Source: Bigelowiella natans CCMP2755 (taxonomy: Eukaryota; Protista; Cercozoa). Taken from it: a stretch of 45,876 nucleotides of DNA. Where the stretch lies: the NCBI GenBank assembly GCA_000320545.1, contig ADNK01000470.1, positions 1 to 45,876 of the forward strand, written 5' to 3'. The translations under genes and the position numbers were made by a program. The notes under the pieces were generated by a model. That model searched no databases. It saw only the letters and a list, made by a program, of their open reading frames with translations, and was not told the DNA's origin. Shown here piece after piece: positions 12,501 to 23,279 of this stretch (position 1 is the stretch's first letter; every line of letters begins with the position of its first letter).

Positions 12501-13022
12501 TAGGTGATGTAGGACGAGCTCCACTTGTAGCTGAGAGCTAGTAGCCCATAAGACAAGCTCGACAGCATAGAGAAGATTCATCGGCACAGCTGCGAATCCA
12601 ACTAGACCGGAGGCGTGATCAAATACAACAGTCCACGCAAGGTCATCTCCCCAATATTGGATTTCGTCGAATCGAAAGTCTGCGAAGAAACCCCGAAGAC
12701 TTGTGTCTGTACCAAGTATTTCCGCCCCGAAGTACAGCATCGCGATTAGCGCGCAGGTGGAGACGATAAGCTCGACAATATAAATGAGAACATTTAGTCT
12801 GCGACGAGGCTCTAGCTTCAAATATGTCTTAGAATAGCGCTGAAGTGAGAATCGAACTGTTACAAATAGCGAGACTATTCCGAAAACCCAGAAGAAAGCT
12901 TGTGAAGGGATGGAACGGAACAACACAGATGTTCCAAGTCTGTGCTGAAAGTCGTAGGATGTCGTGGCTCCTTGGCCGTCAAGTACAGCATCCGTGGAGT
13001 GCCAGGAGCGGAATCCAGACAT
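9568..13022 (-). CDS. Multi-pass TLC-like membrane domain fused to an FAD-dependent oxidoreductase (COG2907-like flavoprotein)
   Basis: N-terminal hydrophobic helices with LYAVELV...LHH and EQP. Rossmann motif KIAIIGGGVAG, then ESKPRLGG, VDVAFKVFDSTYHNFFQLL, and C-terminal QGRGAVWFAGAELMMNLHEFGYVSGLVIAQQLG. Exons lie in ORFs 12411-13022, 11251-12300, 10922-11143, 10700-10906, 10275-10580 and 9568-10230. Confidence 0.8.
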
Positions 13023-13734
13023 ACTCGTATGCCCAGAGAAAAGTGTGATACAGGCGAGGGAAACGCAGGAGGAGCATGGAGCATGGAAGCAGATTTAGTT
13101 CCGTTCAATAACTGAACCTTGATTTTCCATAAGCGACATGAAAACATTTGCATCAATTCATAAAAAGGATTGGAGTTATTCGCTGATGACCATCGAATTA
13201 GCAACATTTACTTCCTGACATTGTTTCATACACACAAAGTACATCAGAAGCTCATCAATGCTCATCAAAATTTGTTCTCTCCATTTTTTTGTCAACAGGC
13301 TATTTTTAGACCTGAGGAATATTATGCAAAATGCCTTGCGACCTCACGTAGCGACACGCAAATTTGACGGTTGAGCCCGATATCCTACTGAATGGATGTC
13401 GCATAAGGAATTTTTCCTTGATATGGAATCTTTCAGGCAAGGAGAGCAAAGTGCTGATATTAAGTTCTAATGTTCAACAACATCTCTGTAATGATGTTGC
13501 TCTTTTTCACTTAGATCCCGTTCCAAAGACCTGTTTCCATATGAATCTGTCCTCTTTCCCGAAATAAAAAATGCATCTTGTGCGTCGGTAATGGATGACT
13601 GAGTCATGCGTCCGCATTGAAAAAGGAGAGTTAGAAGAAATCTGAGAATCCGTGCAAGTTTTGGGGTGCGACAATGAAATATTAATCGAAGGAAAGAAGG
13701 AAAGCTTTACCTGATTTCTCGGCATTCTCGGCAA

Positions 13735-16700
13735 ATGGAGGGAGTTGACCCAAGCCGTGCTTCCAATCTGGATGGCGTGAAGGTTTCATCTCAAGTTTCT
13801 GCTCCAACCTTGCCTGTTGCTAGCACAAATGCTACTAATCCAAACGAAGCTCTTGAGGGTTCGAGGTCAGAAGGAACGTCTCCTAATAAACCGGAAGATG
13901 TGATTTCTAACAATCAACAAGCACCTGATGGAAAATTTATCGAAGATGCTAAAAAACTCCGGAAGCAATCAATCAACAAAAAGATTGAAGGTTTATCGCC
14001 AAAATCATCGTATCGTAGTTTAAAACACCAGGTAATGCGTCGAAGAGGTGGTGCTACTCGAGGAGTTAGAGTCACGAAGACCAACATGGAAGATCTTGAC
14101 AATGAGTTCTTTGCATACATCAAGAGAAATACAAGAACTTCAATAAGCAACCCGAAATCAAAGTCGATATCAAGAACAAAGTAACGTGATTCAAGTGTAT
14201 ACTACATAATTTGTTAGAGTATAAAATTCAATCTATGCAGACGGTCAACGAACAGAAATAATGTCGTAGCTAAGATTGTGGAAGAATTGACTTTGCCAGA
14301 CCTCGATCGTCGGAAAACGTTTGTACAAATTTATTATCGTTGCTTTTTCCTCCTTTAGACAGGTTGAGAAATGAAATTTTTTATTTTGTCCTCATTTCCA
14401 TTTAGGAAAGATGGAGGTTACAAATTGTCGCCTTCTGGAGTTAATCGCAATAACTCAAGAACAAGATCAAAAAGACTTTCGAGTGGTAATAAGGAAGGAA
14501 CTGAAATGAAAGAAATCAAATTGCCGACAAAACACCCAAAATCCCCCAAAACACAGCCAAGTACCCCAAAAAGTCCTGGTGAAGTCAAAGGTCACCGTAA
14601 GACAAAAAGTCTTAATGATACTCCAGAAAATGGGGGGACCAAATCAATAGGCCAGAGTGAAATCATATCACATGAACGTAAAGATAGTGCAGGTCTCACA
14701 CTTATTGAGACATCAAATTCTGGTAAAACTATGACTGTCGACACGAAATCCTTGATCTCGGGAAATATGAGAAAGAGTGATGACGATATAGTCAAGCCCG
14801 TCTTCAAAGGGGCCAGTCTAAGCAATCTTGCTGCGGCTACTGAAGAAGAGAAGAAAGCTTTGTTGGCTATAGAATGGCAAAAAAGGTTTACAGCTCGTCC
14901 TTGCTTTCATCACCCTTACTCATGATTATACACAATGCAGGACTGATGATATCGTGACACAAATATTGATATACCTGGAATCATTTAACTTCTTCTCGGA
15001 GTACCTCCACAATAGACCGTAAGAGAGGATTGTTTATGTCACTTTTCAATTAAGTTGATGATTCTTTTCTTTATGATTTTTTTTATAATTAGAGAAATGA
15101 AGACACAAAATGCCCGCATTGAATTCTGTCGACATGCCAAGTTGGCCAAGTTTCAAAAAAATGAAAAAGTCTTTTCTAAGGGTCCTGGACTTCTACATAT
15201 GATTGATTAATTCTATAACAAGGTACAGAATTAAATATGCTCATATTTTCAGGCCAGGAAGATCACAAATTCTACATAATTCTCCGTGGCGAAATCAAAT
15301 TGGTCACAGAATCATCCGAAGGGGGGAAATCAGAGGTTACCAACAAAATATTTATTATTGTAAAGTCAACATGTATCCTTATTTTTTTTCAATCTTAGAC
15401 TATAATGCTCAAGGAAAAAGAATTCTTTGGGGATTCTGAAATGGAACCAAAAGGTCCACAAAAAGCAACAGCTATAACCACCAGTGAAACAGAACTTATT
15501 ATCCTGGAAGAGGTAATTAATCTGTTCACAGCAATAATTGTAATGGGAGAATTAATGAAAACCCCGCCAGGGAGGGTACCACGAGGCATTCGTGCAGGCA
15601 GCTCATGATGAGGACATATTGGACGAAGATGTAGAATCTCTAGATTCACATAACGCACTCATTAAGCAGCAGCTAAGCTCCATTGCAAGACATTGCCGGT
15701 ACCGCCCAGATGGAAAGCCGAGATCGGTGGAGGAGAGGATCGATCTTGCTGTCGAGTATATTCGTGCTTCCCAGAACTCCCGCTCGGTGAAAAAGCACAG
15801 ATTTCGACCGTACTTGGTCCATGAAATCGACGCAATTCTAAACAATTCAACTCTCTTCTACTACATGTAAGTTCCAGAGATTGAGTAATATCATAGAGTA
15901 TTATATGAAGCATTTTTAAAATTTAGATTTCTTGCTGTAGTGGCTCTCCACCTCATACTTGCAATTGGAGAGTACACATCTGTGGAAAATGCTAGGGAGG
16001 GATCTGATCGAGATCAAAGATACGCGTTGCTTGCGGTTGAATGGTTCATTGTAACGTTCTATTCTTCGTGCTACATCGGCGAGGTACTCGTATATGTCTC
16101 AACAATTGTGCAAAGATTTATGACAGATTGACAGATAATGTATTACACATAATTAGTTCTACAACGCAGGGAGGAAAGCTTTTCTTCGAAAGCGTATTAA
16201 TATTATATGGACAGTTGTAATGTTCCTGTTTATCCTTGATCTTTTAATTGCCACCGGATCGGGATTTCAGTTCTTCCGCTTTTCTCGTGTACTAAGACCA
16301 TTCATGTTATTTCTCAAAATTCCACTGTTGAGAATTGCGTACACGATTTCCGTGCGGACTTTGTTCCGATTAATACACATCTGGATCATATTCATCATAT
16401 TCTTTCTTATCTTCTCCTGTATCGGTAATGAATAACCCAATTTTTGTTGTCGTTCAAGCATACCAATATTTTTATTCCTGTCTGTTCTAGGGTTATACTT
16501 ATTCTCGTTTCAACGAGACATATATAACGAAGAGGAATTCAATATGGGAATCGGATATCCTAATTGTCAGGGTATACTAAAGTCTTATTCTTTCATTTCC
16601 CCCCAGCATAAATACGTACTTTGACTAGGTCCGTGCATTCCCGAGGGGAATGAACCGCTGCCATTTTGGGTTTTCACAAGCTTTGCTTCCTTTGAGCAGT

Positions 16701-19700
16701 CACTCATCACTCTTTTCGTGCTCCTGACGACTGAGAACTTTCCAGATGTAAAACCATTTTACAAGCTATATCTTTCCAACATAATTTACTATCACAAATT
16801 AGGTTTCACATCCACCGTATATGGTCTCTACTTTCTACAACACCTACTTCATAGTGTTTTGGCTTTTAGGAGAGGCTTTCTTGTTACAGTTACTCCTTGC
16901 CTTAATTTTCAATGTATACAAGGTGTAAAAAATACTTTTCCTTTGTCATTGAGGTAAGAGTTTTCACGATATAACAGGATCTCATGGAGAAGTACATGCT
17001 AAAGCAAATGTGGAACGAAAGATTCGCACTTCATTTTGCATTTGAGGTGAGACGGTATCTTAAGTATAAATATTTGGAAATAAAATAGTTTATACCCTTA
17101 TCTAGTGCCTCGACGTTACTTCCAGTGGCGCTATCACTCCGGAGACTTTCACTAAATTATTACAGCGGCTAAAACCGAACTATGACTTGGATACATGTCG
17201 TGCATTCTTTGACTTCATGGACCTAGACAAGAATGGCGGAATTGAAGAGAAGGAGTTCTGTGATTTCGGAGATTTCATTACTTACGAAATTCAGGTTCTA
17301 CATGCCAGAATGGAAAGGTGTTATTCCTAAGATTATAATATTTTTTTTTTAAACAAAAGGAATCAAGTTCGGAACAATCTGTTGACACGGAGAAAGATGG
17401 TTCAAGTCGGATCCCGACAATCTTGTGCTTCTCTCCTGAGACATCAAAAAAGATCGTCTATATTCATGACAGTAATATTGTGCATTCTAAACATATCTTC
17501 ATTTGTGGAGGCCATGGCTCAGAACTCTCACTCAAAGCTTTCTCCCTGATGATTTGTATGTTAGGTGCTGCTCACGATTACTTTGTTGACGTTATAATTG
17601 TATTGGAGTTCCTTACCCTTTTATCATTTGGTACAAAAAGAAGGATTAAAGAGGAGCAAAAAATTATCAGTTCTAATAATTGTCCGTTTTCAGGTATAGC
17701 ATCTGCAAATTTAACAAGAGATGAAATTGTGGCTATCAACGCGCTACAAGTGGCGACATGGGCTCTGTTTGTCCTCGACACAGGCATATTTATTAGCATA
17801 AAGGTTACACTCGACAAGACTAATCACAGGAAGAAATTTATTTAGTTTGAACATTTGAATTCAGGGAATATGGCAAGCACTTTCCACAAGATGGTCCCAA
17901 TTTGACATTGTCGTCAACGTTGTTACCTTTGTCGGTCTCGTTTTCCTGTTCCAGGGAAATGCGTTCGGATTTTTACGATTTTTTGGTAAAAGTTGTTTCA
18001 TTCCTGAACATTTTTGCCAGTATCGTATTGAAGATATTCTTGAGTCGATTCTGTTACCATCTCAGGAATGTTGCGAGTATTCAAACTAGCTCGTTATTTT
18101 GAAAGATATTTACAAAACCGGGGCCGTGAAAATCGATTGAGCAAAAAGGAAAGGACGATACGCGAAGTCCACGAAAACGAGGGGTTGAAGGGCGAGGAAC
18201 TCGATGAAGTTGTCAATGAGAGGTAAGTAGAGGAGAGACATTAAACAAGATAAATGATCGATCCTACTCTTTCTCCCTAGCTAATTTGTAATATATCTTT
18301 TTCAGAATGGTGGAAGAGAGGAAACTTGAAACTGAAAGTGAGATATAATCTTTAATTCTTTAAGGCTGTGGGCTTAATTCATAGACAAATATTGTTGACG
18401 GTAACCCATATTCTCTTTCAGACAAGATGACCATCCTCGACACCATGCTGAATATGATTCCATGGTAATACTATGTTGGAGAGTCTTCATCGTAATCAGT
18501 ACGACGGCTGATTGAAGATTATTCTCTTAGGTTTCTCTTCATGTGTTTGGCCATGCTTTGCGTGCTTATGTATGTGTACGCTATTGTTGGAACGGAATTG
18601 GTAATTACATTTCATCTCAACTCAACGTTCTGTCGCTAACAGATGTTTTCTATTTCCAAGTTCTCGGGCCAAAACGGAAATAATTGTAACGGTGCTGCTT
18701 GGATAGAGTACGACACAGAGGCTCGATTCTGCGACTTCTTGGGAGCGTTGACAACCCTTCTCCAAGTCCTGAAATCGCTCATACCCTTTACATATGATTG
18801 CCATTATCACCATTTGAAAATGTGCGTATAAAATACCTAATTGAGTTTACTATCATTCCATTCAGATCATAACAACTTCAAACTGGCACGAAATCATGTA
18901 TCCTGCCATAAGGGATCATGGTACATCGGTTTCAATTTACTTTATAAGGTATAGTTTGAATTTTAATGAAGAGAATTGATTGAGACTATCAACGAGATAA
19001 CTTAATTTATTATGTTCTATTCAGTTTCTATTTTCTTGCCGCTATCATCATGTTCAACGTCATGACAGCAGTCTTTATCGAGATATTTCAGACAATCAAT
19101 GTGAGAAACTCGAATTTTCTTTATTTCTATGATAAAACATTCGTCTATGGTTTCAGGAGGACAGTGATTTTACGGATGAAAGTAAAAACACAGCTGTAAG
19201 GCTAGACGATGTGTTGCGACGTAAAAATGCAGATTCTATTGAAAGTGACGACGAATATATGGTCAGTCCATTTCGGGAAATAAAAGTGATATTTATAGCT
19301 GTTTTTTTTATGATAATATTTCAGCAACCTCCACAACCTCAAGACTTGAAGGAGAAGATGGATAACCCAGTAAAGGCATCCATGTCAGATACCACGAGCA
19401 TAGGTACCGCCAGCGATGCAAAAAGAAAGAGTCTCAGCTCAAGCACCTCAAGTGTAGGCAAGAAACAATATTGGGCGACTAGAAAAGGAGGCAATATAAT
19501 GTCAGATGGGATAAGAAAAGCTTTCATTCCTGAAAAATATAAGGTTGACATGAGGTGAATGTTTCCTAAATAGCAAATTCAATGAGAGAATGAATTATAT
19601 TTCAGGCAAAATTCACTGCAGAAAGTTTTGACAACAACAATAGAGCACTTTTCTTGCGAACTTCAACGCTCTCATCTTCGCCCAGACATATTCGGCCAGC

Positions 19701-19887
19701 AGCTTCAACGAAAAATCTGCTCCATTCATCGGGTGGCACTGTCTCTGCTAGTGGGAGTGAAAAAAGGGAAACAGGGAGCCTACGAAATAGGCCATCAAAT
19801 CAGAATCTAAGACCAAAATCGAGCAATGTTGGAAAAGCAGCTCCCATTACAAATAAGCTTACCTCTATAGCAGAAGATAAGAAATAG
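13735..19887 (+). CDS. Two-pore channel (TPC family) with EF-hand linker and an N-terminal cyclic-nucleotide-binding-like domain
   Basis: S4-I FRFSRVLRPF. Pore I LFVLLTTENFPD. EF-hands LDVTSSGAITPETF and MDLDKNGGIEEKEF (about 17110-17270). S4-II FLRFFGMLRVFKLARY. Pore II IITTSNWHEIMY. S6-II AIIMFNVMTAVFIEIF. CNBD-like exons at about 14940-15510. Confidence 0.9.
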
Positions 19888-20866
19888 AAGACTAGATATG
19901 ATTTTGCTACATAAAGATTTAATCGTCATGATATCTATGGATTTAATCAGAGCATTATCTAGACAACACGAAGCTCATGTATCTAATGCAGCAATCAAAC
20001 ATTATTTCATGATGCGAGTTGTCCTTGCTACCTAAGCGTCGTCGATCGAAGAGCAATCTAGCACGCTCGCTCACGCATGCTAGTATGGCCAAGATAATTG
20101 CTCTATGCATACGCCATTAGGTACGTCTAAACCATTTAATTAATCATCTGTCATGCTCTAGTCGTCTACACTGTGCTAGCTGGCTAGCGGACTAGCGGGT
20201 GGCCCAGCTAGCCAGCTAGCCGGTGGTGCTAGAGTGCGTGCCCGCACTTGCTAGCTTGCTAGCTAGCTACCTAGCTAGAGTGTCCACATTCGAACAACTC
20301 TGGAACCACGTTTGCTAGATGACAGATCAAATTTGGCCAATCAAGCAATCTAGCAATGCTTCATGAGCCGATTTTGAATGAAGTCAATAATAACGAACGT
20401 CAAGGCAACATGTCTAGATGTGCCTGCGACGAAATCCATGCTAGCATGCTAGCATGCAACTACCCATTCTACGTGTTCAGATGCATTTGTGGTTGCAGCA
20501 TGCATCACAGCCTAGCTAGCTAGACATGGTGAAGGCATTTGCATCATCGACATGCGGCTCATAAATGCACATTGTCAATCTAACACACACGTAATCATGA
20601 GTTTGATGTCTAGAGAAGTCAACTTCTACAATTACATAAGTGCATGGACAGTGCACGGAGTACGGACGAACAGCGCTTGAAAATCATATCAAGTTTATTC
20701 TTGTTCTAGTTTTGAGCAGTAGAATCTAACCACTGATTGAATAACTGTTGATTATCTTCTCCATCTTTCGATTATCCGGATAATACACGTACGAAACAAT
20801 CTTGAACTTCTTCAAAAAATAAAGCTTCCACCGCCATCACGTAACGCTGAATTCACGGAAACATCG

Positions 20867-23279
20867 TCAATCTTCGAGAAGGATGAGATTTTCGTCGCCG
20901 TCGCCAGATCCAACCTCGTTCTCTTTTACGAATAATGCTACGGTTTCGATGTGCGACGTATGGGGGAACTGATCGACCATAGAGAAGCGATCCATGACAT
21001 AGCCATTCTCCTTGAGCGTCTGCGCGTCACGTACCTGAGTTGCAGGATTGCAAGAGACATACACGATCTGTTGTGCCCCAAGCTCAATGACTCTCTTAAG
21101 CGCCTTGGGAGCAATACCTGCCCGCGGAGGGTCAAGCACGATTGTATGGATCGCGCCGACGTATTCAGGATGATTATGGAGGAATCGATTCACATCTTCA
21201 GCATAGAACTGCAGATTCGTAAGCTTGTTTTTCTCAGAATTGACCTTGGCATCCTCAATGGCGTCCGCCACGATTTCTACTCCGATGATCTCCGAGTCGT
21301 TGTATTGCTTCGCCAAGAGCTGCGTGATTGTGCCCGTACCGCAGAAGAGATCCATCACAACGTTGCCTTCAGGAATGGCCCCCGCCTTCAGGCAGACGTA
21401 ATCGAGGGCCTTCCGGTATAAGTTCTCGGCCGATTTTGGATTTGTCTGGAAGAATGAGTTGATGGACATCTGAAAATCTAGCCCGCACACCCTCTCCCTG
21501 AGCACTTCGGAGCCGTACAGAATACTCACGGATCCGTTTCGCGGATTGGATACCGTATCACCTATATCGTCGTTGACGGTGTGCATCAGGCCTCCTAGCC
21601 TATCTCCTAGCACGTCGATCATCAGCTGCTTGAAGCCCCCCGTGTCAAACCGCGTGAGGTTCTCTGAGGTCGTGACAAGGTTGATGAGGAGGCGGTCATC
21701 GACGAGGGATTTGCGGCACACCAAGTAGCGAAAGAAGCCCGAGTTGAACTTATTGTAGTAGGCCGGCAGCTCAGTGGCCATGAGGAACTTCCGGATCCTG
21801 GGCATGTTGTTCTCCAATTCTGCGTCGAAGAGGCCAGAATCACGCTCCAAGTTCTCCACGAGCCAGAAGGTACCCCTATGCTTATAGCCCAGCCCAAACC
21901 CGACGCTTTGCTCGCGGGTGTGGACGTCGTACACGTCGCGCGAGAAGGAGTACTCAACTTTGTTCCGATAATGCCATTTGGAGGGGGAGGCGATGAACTC
22001 GTCGACTAAGTCCTCAGCGTTGTCAATTCCACCGAGGTGCTTAAACAGGCTGATGGTTAAGTTGCGTTTGTAGCCCTCCTGCACGCTCATGGGCAGGCTA
22101 GCGTACGGAGCGCCGGGGATACGCTGATAAGGGATCTCGATCTCCTCTTCGCTCTGTCGCAGCACTTCCAGTAGCTTGCATTCGGCGAAATCTTTCTTCG
22201 ACTTGGTCACTCGCGCTCGGACCTGAGGCAGTGGTGGCGGGGTGAAAGCACGAATGCAAACAACGCCGACCGTGATGACGATGATAGGAATTGCTGATGG
22301 TGCTCACTAAGTGGTTTTTTTGAGGAAAATAGGCTATTTATCTGCGAATTATGGCGATGGCCATTGTGTTGATATGGCAGATTATACACAACAGAATGGG
22401 GCATATGGAAAGAACCAATAAACAAGAAGAAAAGCTAAATGTTACGGGGGGGGAGGGGGGGGTGGTCTATTCTTTGAAAGAAGAAGAGAGTACCAACCTT
22501 CTGCCCGGGAATGGTGTTCGGAATAAAAACGACAAACTTTCCTAGTGTCGTATTCACTCGTCCAATGCCTTTCCCGCCGAAAGCCATATCCTTCACCTCA
22601 ATTGCGATCTGCTGCTTCACCAGGGGCTTGGGATAGATCTGTTGGTCGCCTTCCTCAATATCAAGGACAGTGTTGGGGTCACCGGCATATCTTCGTCGGC
22701 GCCTACGAAATGTACCGTTAGGTTAAAAGCTGCTGATTCTCACGCGACTAATGCAGATTTTGTCATTGCGGGATAAAGCAACATGGTGTCTATTCTGTCA
22801 ATCACAACGTTCACGCACCTGCCGCCGAACGCTCTGGTATCCTGACGGCTCACCCCCCCCCGAAATTGCCCGAGCAATGGCCGAGCTCCTCCCCGTGTGT
22901 AGAGTAAGATTGGCGAGTGTCGTAATGAAGCCAGTCGCTTTGTTTCTGAGAATCGAGTCAGAACGCCTCTGCGACGACCGAGAGAGGTTGATGAAGGAAA
23001 TCCTCTCCTGGCATAGTGGAGCAAAAACTCGAGTCATTCAAAGCGCGAGAGGCAACTGTATCTCTTTTCACAGAGTTATCCCTGTTGTTATTATTATTCT
23101 CCTTCGCTTTGCGCGTGCGTTTGTGCGTTTGTGCGGTTGTGCATGCGTATGAAGTGTCGCTGTTACGTGGAAAGTCTTGCGGTGACGAAGGACACAAAGG
23201 CCATCGCGAACAGCAGAGCCAATCTTGCTTGTTGAACCGCCACCGCCTTCGCTGCTCCACGGAAATTGCTATCGGGCAT
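20867..23279 (-). CDS. rlmD: 23S rRNA (uracil-C5)-methyltransferase RlmD/RumA family with TRAM domain and bipartite targeting leader
   Basis: TRAM domain IEVKDMAFGGKGIGR...VFIPNTIPGQK|VRARVTKSKKDFAE. Motifs YRNKVEYSF, SFFQTN, DLFCGTGTI, LDPPRAG, YVSCNPATQVRD and DQFPHTSHIE. 5' exons encode MPDS...RLALLFAMAFVSFVTA plus an Arg/Ser-rich segment. Confidence 0.92.

Noticed and set aside
14318-14405. Possible 4-nt microexon (AG|ACAG|GT) in a TPC intron
   Set aside because: The flanking exons already join in frame without it, and including it shifts the frame.
20938-21957. Overlapping and antisense ORFs inside RlmD (similarly inside the CBS, METTL21 and SET genes)
   Set aside because: Shadows of codon bias, with no recognisable motifs.
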